DNA of 13,057 nucleotides from Armatimonadota bacterium (GTDB taxonomy: Bacteria > Armatimonadota > Zipacnadia > Zipacnadales > UBA5352): positions 1 through 13,057 of the forward strand of contig JAYENL010000062.1 of NCBI GenBank assembly GCA_034722055.1, given 5' to 3'. A program made the translations under genes and the position numbers. The stretch's first letter is position 1. Every line of letters begins with the position of its first letter. The notes beneath the pieces are model-generated. The model was not told the DNA's origin. It did no database searches and was given only the letters and a program-made list of their open reading frames with translations. Shown piece by piece: positions 1-7,688 of the stretch.

Positions 1-1
1 G

Positions 2-802
2 TTGGAGTTGATGCACCAGATCCCTGACGGAGAAGCTGCTCTCGTGGTCACATCGCCACCCTACAATCTGGGCAAGGAATACGAGAGTGAATTGGCCCTT
101 GAGGATTACCTCCAAAGACAGGCTGAGACGATAGCCGAGGGAGTCCGAATCTGTGCTGACCGGGGAAGCATGTGCTGGGAGGTAGGCAACTACGTTGACG
201 ACGGTGAGGTCTTGCCGCTAGACGTTATGCTCTTCCCGATATTCAAGGCCCACGGGCTCAAGCTGCGCAACCGGATTGTCTGGCACTTCGGGCACGGACT
301 GCACTGCGCCAACAGGTTCTCCGGTCGCTATGAGGTAATCTTGTGGTTCACGAAGACGGACGACTACACGTTCCATCTCGATCCCGTCCGGGTTCCACAG
401 AAGTACCCTGGTAAGAAGCACTATAAGGGGCCAAAGGCAGGGCAGTTGTCCGGGAACCCAAAGGGCAAAAACCCCAGCGACGTGTGGAACATGCCCAACG
501 TGAAGGCAAACCACCCTGAGAAGACCATCCATCCCTGTCAGTTCCCGGTTGCACTCGTTGAGCGTCTCGTTCTCGCCCTGACCGACCCCGGGGACCTAGT
601 GGTTGATCCCTACATCGGAGTTGGGACCAGCGCCGCTGCTGCTGTCCTCAATGACAGGCGGGCTGCAGGCGCGGACACCATGGAGGATTACTTGGACATC
701 GCCCGACGGCGTGTGGAACAGGCAGCGAAGGGAACGCTGAAGTACAGGCCGCTGAACAAGCCGATCTATGACCCGGATCTGCCCAACGGGGGCCACTCGT
801 GA
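2..802 (+). CDS. Site-specific DNA methyltransferase (N4-cytosine/N6-adenine, beta class), 5'-truncated by the window edge
   Basis: Catalytic motif IV TSPPY lies near the N-terminus, followed by HPCQFP and a C-terminal SAM-binding motif I variant, DPYIGVGTS. This order is the beta-class arrangement, and SPPY is typical of m4C enzymes. The frame is open from the first bases, so the true start is probably upstream of the window. Confidence 0.93.
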   Translation: MELMHQIPDGEAALVVTSPPYNLGKEYESELALEDYLQRQAETIAEGVRICADRGSMCWEVGNYVDDGEVLPLDVMLFPIFKAHGLKLRNRIVWHFGHGLHCANRFSGRYEVILWFTKTDDYTFHLDPVRVPQKYPGKKHYKGPKAGQLSGNPKGKNPSDVWNMPNVKANHPEKTIHPCQFPVALVERLVLALTDPGDLVVDPYIGVGTSAAAAVLNDRRAAGADTMEDYLDIARRRVEQAAKGTLKYRPLNKPIYDPDLPNGGHS

Positions 803-1410
803 AGATAGCCAGGATGTACTCCCACCTGAATGGGCATGAGCACATACTGGTGCACAAGCCGCACGTGTGGGACGAGATCAGTGAGACGATCTCCGAGTTG
901 GACGCGGAGGCATGCCGCACCAAAGTCTCGAGAGAGAAGAGAATGTGCGGCAAGCTGCTCTACAGCCCGACAGACCTGAATGCGTGCTTCAAGGCTGAGT
1001 TCACCGCACGAGGGTGGAAAGAGTCACGCACGTCGTATTGGGTGACCGCTGACCATAATCTGATTCGACGGACAATGGACATGCCGGCAGAGGCGCAGAA
1101 GCAGGCTATCGAGGACGCGGGAGCAGAAGCTATCTTCTCGTACAACCAGACCGACTTCGTGAAGGATCGCATCGCAGTGGAAGTCCAGATGGGGAAGTAT
1201 GCGTTTGTGGCGTACGACCTTTTCGTGAAGCACATGGCGTTCTTCGTCGGTAACCTGATTGACGTAGGCGTTGAAGTACTCCCGATGAAGCAGCTCCAGG
1301 CCGAGATGTCCTCGGGGGTCCCCTATTATGAGGGCGCCCTCTATGACCTAATACGCGAGGGCCGCGGGGTGCCCGCTGTGCCGCTCGTGCTCGTCGGCAT
1401 CGCGCCCTGA
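799..1410 (+). CDS. Type II restriction endonuclease, BglII/BstYI family
   Basis: TDFVKDRIAVEVQMG gives D-x8-E-x-Q, the Gln variant of the PD-(D/E)xK site seen in BglII/BstYI. The protein is 203 aa. Its GTG start overlaps the methyltransferase TGA (GTGA, 799-802). Confidence 0.88.
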   Translation: MKIARMYSHLNGHEHILVHKPHVWDEISETISELDAEACRTKVSREKRMCGKLLYSPTDLNACFKAEFTARGWKESRTSYWVTADHNLIRRTMDMPAEAQKQAIEDAGAEAIFSYNQTDFVKDRIAVEVQMGKYAFVAYDLFVKHMAFFVGNLIDVGVEVLPMKQLQAEMSSGVPYYEGALYDLIREGRGVPAVPLVLVGIAP

Positions 1411-1423
1411 CGGATAGTGCACC

Positions 1424-3016
1424 TCACGCGCTCTCCAGCACCAGCAGCCAGTCGCGGCGGACCTCGATCTGCGGGACGGGCCAGGAGCTCTCCTCGTCGG
1501 CCGTCGCAACGCCGTGGTCGCGCTCCTCGCCGGTGGTGGGGTCGATGAGCGTGGCGCGGTAGCGCAGGCCCGGCTCCAGGTGGCGGATGGTGGGCTGGGG
1601 GAGGGCGTTGAAGAGGTAGATGACGCGCAGCTCGCCGGGGATGCCCGCGGCGTAGGGCAGCGAGAAGCTCTCCTCGCCGGCGTGCGGCTCGACCCACTCC
1701 GGATGCGGCTCGATGCGCCACCACTCCCAGCGCTCCAGGAGGCGCCGGAAGCGGCCGAGCTGCGCCGAGCCGGGCAGGTGCATGGCCTCGGTCCATGGGG
1801 TGTCGCCCCAGGAGAAGCCGTGCGGGGAGGCCCCGTAGGGCGCGCCCTCGCGATTCACCTGCCAGATGCCGTTGGCGCCGTAGGTGTGCCCGCAGGTGCC
1901 GGTGAGGAAGGAGGCCCAGAACATCATCCGCTGGACCTCCTGGCGGCTGCCCTCCAGGATGCCCTCGTAGCAGACCTCCCCGTTGATGACCGGCATGGCG
2001 GGGGTGTCGGCGCGGGCCTCGCGGACGGCGCGCACGGTGCCCGGGAGGCTGCCGCGGTCGCCGTGGCCGGTCTGCAGCATCTCCAAATCGAGCACGGACT
2101 CGTCGGTGACCTGCTCCCGGCCCCGGCGGGTGGGGTGGATGGTGATGAGGCGCTGGTAGGGGTCCATGGCGCGGAGCCGGCGGGCGACCTCGGTCCAGCC
2201 CTCGCGCTGGATGCGGGCGTCCTCCTCGGCCTGCTCGGTGCGCTTGTGCAGATACCAGGGCATGGCGCCCTCCCCGGCCAGGCACCACACCACGGGGTGG
2301 GCGCCCCAGCGCGCCACCATCTCCCGCCAGTGCCGCGTTAGCCTGTCCACGCCCATCCACGGCAGGTAGTAGCCCCAGGAGCCGAAGATGCAGGGCATCA
2401 GCCCGCGCGAGACCAGCCACTCGATGCGCAGGTCGGCCAGGTCCCACCAGCCGGGGTTGATGCCCGCCCAGTCATGATGCCACGGCCAGCCGGCCTCATT
2501 GTCTCCCCGCCGGTCGAAGGCGGCCATGTCGGGGTAGAGGCCGGCCACGAGCTGCACCACGTTGAAGCCCTTCTCCACGCGGTCGGCGGCGAGGCGCTGG
2601 AACTCGCCGGGCCAGTGCAGCCGGGAGCACAGCGCCATCCACCAGGTATCTGCCAGCCACAGGAAGGGCGTGCCGTCGGCGTGCTGCAGGTGGCGGGCGC
2701 TGTCGGCGACCTGCAGCGGCCCGCGCGCCAGCAGGGCGTTGTCGCCCTCGTACTCGATGACCTCCAGCTCGCCCTCGGACGCGTGGAGGCCGTCCATTAC
2801 GTCATCTGGCGCCTCGACGCGCCACCGGTGGCGGCCGAGCTGGGCGGAGGAGTAGCGCACCCGCTGGAGGCCGGCGGCATCCCGGAAGGCCGGCACCACC
2901 AGCTCGCCGCCGTCGGGCGTGGTGACGCGCACGTCGATGGGGCCGGAGGGCTCGCCGGCGGCGGCCTGACGGCCGAGAGACCACTCCGCGACGCAGTTGC
3001 GCTGGACCGTGAGCAT
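1424..3016 (-). CDS. DUF4038 (apiosidase/GH140-like) glycoside hydrolase with N-terminal Ig-like (DUF5060-like) and C-terminal beta domains, about 530 aa
   Basis: Motifs HADGTPFLWLADTWW, KGFNVVQ, WCLAGE, ITIHP, MLQTGH, PVINGEVCYEG and GHTYGANGIW. The start is placed at ATG 3016, which has a GGAGG ribosome-binding site upstream on the minus strand. The 434 extra codons in the ORF track are antisense to the next gene. Confidence 0.85.
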   Translation of the reverse strand: MLTVQRNCVAEWSLGRQAAAGEPSGPIDVRVTTPDGGELVVPAFRDAAGLQRVRYSSAQLGRHRWRVEAPDDVMDGLHASEGELEVIEYEGDNALLARGPLQVADSARHLQHADGTPFLWLADTWWMALCSRLHWPGEFQRLAADRVEKGFNVVQLVAGLYPDMAAFDRRGDNEAGWPWHHDWAGINPGWWDLADLRIEWLVSRGLMPCIFGSWGYYLPWMGVDRLTRHWREMVARWGAHPVVWCLAGEGAMPWYLHKRTEQAEEDARIQREGWTEVARRLRAMDPYQRLITIHPTRRGREQVTDESVLDLEMLQTGHGDRGSLPGTVRAVREARADTPAMPVINGEVCYEGILEGSRQEVQRMMFWASFLTGTCGHTYGANGIWQVNREGAPYGASPHGFSWGDTPWTEAMHLPGSAQLGRFRRLLERWEWWRIEPHPEWVEPHAGEESFSLPYAAGIPGELRVIYLFNALPQPTIRHLEPGLRYRATLIDPTTGEERDHGVATADEESSWPVPQIEVRRDWLLVLESA

Positions 3017-3066
3017 GGTACCATCGCCTCCCGAGGACGCTGCCGCGTCTGGACCGAGGAGAGAGT

Positions 3067-3092
3067 TTCGCCGCAGGCGGCGGCGGTCCTGC
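3067..3092 (-). promoter_or_regulatory. Putative SigH-like promoter for the DUF4038 gene
   Basis: The minus strand reads GCAGGA-N14-GGCGAA, about 50 nt upstream of ATG 3016. The spacing matches the Bacillus SigH consensus RNAGGAWWW-N11-12-RNNGAAT. Confidence 0.55.
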
Positions 3093-3110
3093 AATTGCGA
3101 CTGCTGTGGC

Positions 3111-3136
3111 GGAGGACTGCGGGCGTTCTCGTCGAA
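3111..3136 (+). promoter_or_regulatory. Putative SigH-like promoter for the PHP hydrolase gene
   Basis: GGAGGA-N14-GTCGAA ends 54 nt upstream of ATG 3191. Confidence 0.55.
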
Positions 3137-3190
3137 GAACCCGCGGGCACCTGTACGGACGCACGAATCTACCACGAAGGGAACGAACCC

Positions 3191-4069
3191 ATGGCGAGCG
3201 CCTTTGACGTGTCCGGGGAGTGGCTGCGGGGGAATCTGCACCTGCACACCACCGGGTCCGACGGCGAGCTCACGCCCCAGGAGGCGGTTGACGGATACGC
3301 CGAGGAGGGCTATGACTTTCTGTCCATCACCGACCACGATGTAGTGACCGAGGTGGAGGGTCTCGACGACCGGGGGATGACGCTGCTGCCGGGGGTGGAG
3401 ATCGCGCCGCCGGGCGGAGAGCTGGGGCAGACGATCCACGTGGTGGGGATCGGCTCGCAGGAGGCGCCGCCCAGCAAGGGCGAGGCCCAGGAGGCCATCG
3501 ACCGCCTGGCGGCGGTCTCGGAGGTGTGCTTCGTGGCCCACCCGTCGTGGTCCAGCCTCACCTTCGCGGATATCCTGGAGCTGGAGGGTATCATGGGGGT
3601 AGAGGTCTTCAACGCCACCTGCCGGCGGGGCGTGGGCAGGGGGACCGCGGAGGTGCAGTGGGATGACCTGCTGGCGCGCGGGCGGCGGCTCTTCGGCCTG
3701 GCGGTGGATGACGCGCACTGCCACTACGACGACCGCTACGGCGGCTGGATCATGCTGCGGAGCGACGACCGCGGCCCGGAGGCCATCTACCGGGCGCTGC
3801 GGGAGGGGCACTTCTACGCCAGCTCGGGGCCGCGCATCGAGCACGTGGAGGTGGATGGCGTGGACGTGCACGTGGAGTGCTCGCCGTGCGTGGAGGTCTT
3901 CGCGGTCTGCCCTCAGCCCGGGAAGGGCTGGACGAACTGGCGGCATGGCGGGGGCAGGGAGCCGGACACGGAGTTCGACCTGCAGATGAGGCCGGGGACC
4001 GACCCGGTGCGGATCGTGGCGATCGATGAGGCTGGGCGGCGGGCCTGGACGAATCCGTTCTGGGGGTAG
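3191..4069 (+). CDS. PHP-domain metallohydrolase (CehA/McbA-like), 292 aa
   Basis: PHP metal-ligand motifs WLRGNLHLHT, SDG, ITDHD, GVE, H, AHP, EVFN and DDAH, plus a C-terminal GHFYASSGP. ATG 3191 is preceded by GAAGGGA. Confidence 0.87.
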   Translation: MASAFDVSGEWLRGNLHLHTTGSDGELTPQEAVDGYAEEGYDFLSITDHDVVTEVEGLDDRGMTLLPGVEIAPPGGELGQTIHVVGIGSQEAPPSKGEAQEAIDRLAAVSEVCFVAHPSWSSLTFADILELEGIMGVEVFNATCRRGVGRGTAEVQWDDLLARGRRLFGLAVDDAHCHYDDRYGGWIMLRSDDRGPEAIYRALREGHFYASSGPRIEHVEVDGVDVHVECSPCVEVFAVCPQPGKGWTNWRHGGGREPDTEFDLQMRPGTDPVRIVAIDEAGRRAWTNPFWG

Positions 4070-4153
4070 GCGGAACTGCGGGCGGCGGGCAACGTCGGAT
4101 AGAGATGGGGCCAGCCTGCGAGCGTAGCCGTGGTGAGGACCGACGGCGATTCG

Positions 4154-4264
4154 GGTGGAGCGGCCGCCGGGCGCGCTTAGCACGTGGGCCGGGGTGGAAC
4201 CTGTGAGGTCACTCGCTCCGCTCGCGACCTCACACCGCTCGCTTCGCTCGCGGCGGCCCCTCCA
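4154..4264. repeat. Structured inverted-repeat element, copy 1: a partial + motif at 4154-4176 joined to a complete minus-strand motif at 4186-4264
   Basis: 4154-4176 matches 12858-12880 at 22/23 nt. The reverse complement of 4186-4264 has the same flanks and two-hairpin layout as 12860-12955. The terminal arms 4156-4169 and 4251-4264 are complementary at 13/14 nt. Confidence 0.8.
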
Positions 4265-4358
4265 TGGTGGCGGCAGGCGGGTTACGGTGACGCCGCACAA
4301 TGCGGGAACCTCTGCCACTGAGCACGAGCCTCAGGCAACGCGGGAGGTGTCGCGAGCG

Positions 4359-4910
4359 ATGCGCATCGGGATCATCGCGGACACGCACGGGAACCTCGAC
4401 GGCTGGCAGCGCGCCAGAGAGCTGCTGGGCGAGGTTGAGCTGATAGTGCACTGCGGCGATGTGCTCTACCACGGGCCGAAGTTCGAGCCGGTGGAGGGCT
4501 ACGGGCCGATGGCCCTGGCGGAGGCGATCAATGACAGCCACGTCCCGGTGCTGATCGCGCGGGGCAACGGGGACTCGGACGTGGATCAGCTCGTGCTGGA
4601 GGTGCCGCTGCAGAGCCCGTACCTGTTCGCGCAAATGGAGGGGCTGCGAATCCTGGCGGCGCACGGGCACATCACGCCCCCGGAGGAGCTGGTGGGGCTG
4701 GCGCGGGGTTGGGGGATCGGTCTGCTGCTGACCGGCCACGTGCACGTTCCAGTCCTGGCGCGACACGGCGAGCTGGTGCACGTGAACCCCGGGACGGTGA
4801 CCTACCCGCTGGCCGAGGACGAGGCGCTGGCGCGACGGACATGCGCACTGTGGGAGGACGGCATCGTGACGCACTACGACCTGGCCTCGGGCGAGGTCAT
4901 GGACCTGTAG
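4359..4910 (+). CDS. yfcE: YfcE-family metallophosphoesterase/phosphodiesterase, 183 aa
   Basis: Calcineurin-like motifs DTHG, CGDVLYHGP, RGNGD, HGH, GHVH and NPG. ATG 4359 has GGAGGT upstream. Confidence 0.85.
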   Translation: MRIGIIADTHGNLDGWQRARELLGEVELIVHCGDVLYHGPKFEPVEGYGPMALAEAINDSHVPVLIARGNGDSDVDQLVLEVPLQSPYLFAQMEGLRILAAHGHITPPEELVGLARGWGIGLLLTGHVHVPVLARHGELVHVNPGTVTYPLAEDEALARRTCALWEDGIVTHYDLASGEVMDL

Positions 4911-4967
4911 AGAGATGGGCGGGGGCAGGCGAGGTGAGGCGCGGCCCCTCCTGGGGCGGCAGGGACA

Positions 4968-5516
4968 GTGGAGACGCACGGGAGCGGCGGGAAGGAACAG
5001 GGAGAGCTGGAAGCACAGCAGAGCCGGGAGCTGCGGCGCCTGTGGCTGCGGGCGTGGCTGTTTTCGGCACTGGGCTCGGTGGCAGGTGCCGCGCTGTTCT
5101 TTGGCGCGACATTCGTGCTGTGGCGGTGGCAGGGATGGGACCCCGCCGCCGGGCGCGCTGAGCTGGAGATCGGCCTGTTCCTGCGCATGATCGTGGGAGG
5201 GGTGCTGGGCGCGGCCCTGGGCAGCCTGCTGGGCGTGCGGGAGCCGGCCGAGCTGAGTTTGGCGACGGCGGCCGGGGGCTGCCTGACCTATCTGCTGGGG
5301 ATGCAGGTGGTGATTGTGGCCCTCTACGGGCTCTGTCCGGGGATCTGGCGGGGAGAGACCGTCACCGGGCTGGGACGGCTGGAGGTGCTGCTGGCGGCCG
5401 GTGCCGTGGGGGCGTTGGCGCCCCCGCTGGTGGCTACGTACGTAGTTCGACGGTACGACAGGGCCGGCCGGCGTGAGGAGGGCCCCGACAGCGCCAGCGA
5501 CGACGAGGAGCCCTAG
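4968..5516 (+). CDS. Hypothetical integral membrane protein (about 4 TM helices)
   Basis: Four hydrophobic Gly/Ala/Leu-rich segments with charged termini and high GC at third codon positions. The GTG start follows CAGGGA; the start position is uncertain. Confidence 0.7.
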   Translation: METHGSGGKEQGELEAQQSRELRRLWLRAWLFSALGSVAGAALFFGATFVLWRWQGWDPAAGRAELEIGLFLRMIVGGVLGAALGSLLGVREPAELSLATAAGGCLTYLLGMQVVIVALYGLCPGIWRGETVTGLGRLEVLLAAGAVGALAPPLVATYVVRRYDRAGRREEGPDSASDDEEP

Positions 5517-5622
5517 GACGAGAGGGCGCCCGAGCAATGCCCCTGAGCCGCTTCGAGGTGCGCTGGCCCCATCGCCGGGAGTAGCTTGCACCGGGCCGAG
5601 GAGGGATGGGCGAATCGATCCG

Positions 5623-6060
5623 ATGACGGTGGCGGCCATAGTGGGCGCGGCCGTCGTCACCGTCGTCGCGCTTGTGCTGGCGGTGCGGGCGGTGGCGAGG
5701 CGGCGGGAGGCTGAGGCGGACGAGGCGCTGATGGGCGAGCGCATCCTGCTGCGCGACCCCTCGGCGAACCTGATGGGCGTAGAGTCCGCGGGCATGGGCC
5801 AGGTGCGCGGGAGCGGCGTGCTGTCGCTGACCGAGCATCGCCTGCACTTCCTCATGTGGCTGCCGAGGCGGGAGGTCGTCATTCCGCTGTCGCGGGTGAC
5901 CGGCATCGAGACGCCGGAGCGGTTCATGGGGAAGACGAAGGGCACGCCGCTGCTGCAGGTGAGCTTCACCGGCCAGGACGGGCGCGAGGACGCGGCGGCG
6001 TGGGCGGTGCGGAAGCTGCCGGCGTGGCGGGACAGGCTCGAGGAGCTGCTGGAGCGGTAG
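5623..6060 (+). CDS. Membrane-anchored protein with probable PH-like (GRAM/bacterial PH) beta domain, 145 aa
   Basis: N-terminal TM segment (VAAIVGAAVVTVVALVLAV) followed by RRR. The pattern GVLSLTEHRLHF...VVIPLSRVTGIE...LLQVSF and a C-terminal amphipathic helix is typical of PH-like folds. ATG 5623 lies downstream of GAGGAGGG. Confidence 0.72.
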   Translation: MTVAAIVGAAVVTVVALVLAVRAVARRREAEADEALMGERILLRDPSANLMGVESAGMGQVRGSGVLSLTEHRLHFLMWLPRREVVIPLSRVTGIETPERFMGKTKGTPLLQVSFTGQDGREDAAAWAVRKLPAWRDRLEELLER

Positions 6061-6078
6061 CCCGGCCCGGGAGGCGGC

Positions 6079-7623
6079 TCAGCCACCCGGCTGGATCTGG
6101 GGGTGGGAGACGTCCCAGGGCACGCGAAGGGTGACGGTGGTGCCCGCGCCCCGGCTGCTGGTGATGTCGCAGCCTCCGCCCATCAGCTCCACGCGGGCGC
6201 AGACGCTGCTGAGGCCGAAGGCGTCGCCGGTGGAGGCGGCCTCAAGCGCCTCAGAGGGATCGAAGCCGACGCCGTCATCGGCAACGTCGATACGCACCTG
6301 TCGGTCCTCGCGCCGCACCCGCACCGTGCCGCTGTGAACCCCGGCGTGCTTCACCACGTTGAACAGCAGCTCCCGCACGGAACGGAAAAGCAGCGGCGCA
6401 AGATGTTGGTCGGCGATGTCCACGCCGCCCTGAATGTTGACGTCCACCTCCAGCCCGTGGCGATCCCGCATCTGGTCGGCCAGCCAGTGGAGGGCGGCGG
6501 CCAGGCCCAGGTCGCGCACGATGGCGGGGCTGACCTCCACGGAGAGGCTGCGGCAGGTGCTGATGGCCTCGTCCAGGAGGGCGTCGGCCTCCCCCAGTGC
6601 TGCGCTGACCTCGGCGCTGGAGTCCCGGGCTGCGAGCTTGAGCTGCAGCCGGGAGCCGGCCAGGGCCTGCTGGAGCTCCTCGTGCAGGACGGCCGCCACG
6701 CGCTCCCGCTCCCGCTGCTCGGCCTCACTCAGCTCCCGGCTGAGTGTCCGAAGCTGCTCGGTGCGCTGGGCCACGCGCTCCTCGAGGCTCTCGTTGAGGG
6801 CGCGCAGCTCTCGCTCCGAACGCGCCAGGGCCTCCTCCCGCCGCTTGAGATCGCGGAAGAGCAGCTCGTAGGGCCGCTGCAGGCCGATCTCCACCACCGC
6901 CCTGTAAATGAGATAGAAGGCCACCAGCTTCAGGTAGTGCCCCAGGAGGTTGGGGAAGCCGTAGGGGGAGGTGTAGAGCGTGAAGGAGATCTCGGAGAGC
7001 AGGGTGGTGAGGATGGCGGCACCGAGCAGGGCCAGCACGGTGGGGCTGAAGCGCTCCCGCAGGGCCAGCATCCAGCCCAGCGCCACAAGCAGAATGGCGG
7101 AGATGACGTACTCGCTGGCGATCTTGAAGGTGGTGAGGCGGCCGGCGGCGTCGTCGTAGGCGGTCGGAAAGACATCCCACGCGAAGATGCTCAGCAGCAC
7201 GAGCACAGCCACGGCGGCATAGACGAAAAGCGCCACATACTCCCGCAGCCGCCGCTCGAGGAAGACCGGGGCGATCAGGAGCGTGAGGGCCTGCATGTAG
7301 CGGGCGGCGATCCAGAGCTGCGCGGGGAGGTTCGTTCCGCCGCCGGGAAAGATCTCCATGCCCGTGTAAGCCAGGGTGTGGACCAGGTCGATGCTGCCCA
7401 CGCACAGGTAGCCGATGCCGATCCACAGGAAGAGGTCGTTGTCCATGAACCGGCGGGCGTTCCACGCCAGCATGAAGATGGCGACAGCGACGGTGATGCT
7501 GAAGATCTCGACGATGCTGTGGAAGAGCAGGTAGCTGTGAAGCCTGGCCACCCACAGGCCGGCCAGGACGGCGGCCCCCAGGACGACGCGCCAGATGATG
7601 TAGAGCGCGGCTGTCGGCTTCAT
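6079..7623 (-). CDS. Sensor histidine kinase: MASE3-like membrane domain + coiled coil + HisKA_3 + HATPase_c
   Basis: N-terminal multi-TM region containing SYLLFHSIVEIFS, DLVHTLAYTGM, NLPAQLWIAAR and GHYLK. H-box RERVAAVLHEELQQAL, N-box ELLFNVVKHA, G1 DVADDGVGF, G2 AFGL and GAGTTV follow. Confidence 0.9.
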   Translation of the reverse strand: MKPTAALYIIWRVVLGAAVLAGLWVARLHSYLLFHSIVEIFSITVAVAIFMLAWNARRFMDNDLFLWIGIGYLCVGSIDLVHTLAYTGMEIFPGGGTNLPAQLWIAARYMQALTLLIAPVFLERRLREYVALFVYAAVAVLVLLSIFAWDVFPTAYDDAAGRLTTFKIASEYVISAILLVALGWMLALRERFSPTVLALLGAAILTTLLSEISFTLYTSPYGFPNLLGHYLKLVAFYLIYRAVVEIGLQRPYELLFRDLKRREEALARSERELRALNESLEERVAQRTEQLRTLSRELSEAEQRERERVAAVLHEELQQALAGSRLQLKLAARDSSAEVSAALGEADALLDEAISTCRSLSVEVSPAIVRDLGLAAALHWLADQMRDRHGLEVDVNIQGGVDIADQHLAPLLFRSVRELLFNVVKHAGVHSGTVRVRREDRQVRIDVADDGVGFDPSEALEAASTGDAFGLSSVCARVELMGGGCDITSSRGAGTTVTLRVPWDVSHPQIQPGG

Positions 7624-7688
7624 TGATGCTTGGACTCAGGCGGATCGTGGCACGTTGCTCGACATGTGTTGCGCTGTGAAGCCACTCG

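Noticed and set aside
2474..3190. N-terminal extension of the PHP ORF (531 aa in the track)
   Set aside because: It is antisense to the DUF4038 gene. The PHP motifs begin right after ATG 3191.
4202..4253. Rho-independent terminator, tRNA or CRISPR reading of the intergenic hairpins
   Set aside because: There are no U-tracts, no cloverleaf or T-loop, and no regularly spaced direct repeats with unique spacers.
3017..4318. 434-aa N-terminal extension making a 964-aa ORF on the minus strand
   Set aside because: It is mostly antisense to the well-supported PHP gene and is Arg/Pro-rich shadow translation. A good RBS, ATG and promoter motif mark 3016 as the start.
4941..4951. GCGGCCCCTCC matching the end of the structured element
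   Set aside because: Only 11 GC-rich nt match, without the two hairpins or the other flank.
4104..5573. 12-nt inverted repeat GATGGGGCCAGC (4104-4115) / GCTGGCCCCATC (5562-5573) bracketing yfcE and a membrane gene
   Set aside because: It is short and GC-rich, with no transposase or target duplication, so it is compatible with chance.
6103..7626. Long antisense or alternative-frame ORFs (6103-7626 +, 4230-6086 -, 9882-11585 -, 1341-2447 -, 11626-12684 -, 7938-8894 +)
   Set aside because: They overlap motif-bearing genes and have no recognisable motifs. Such ORFs are expected where high GC makes stop codons scarce.
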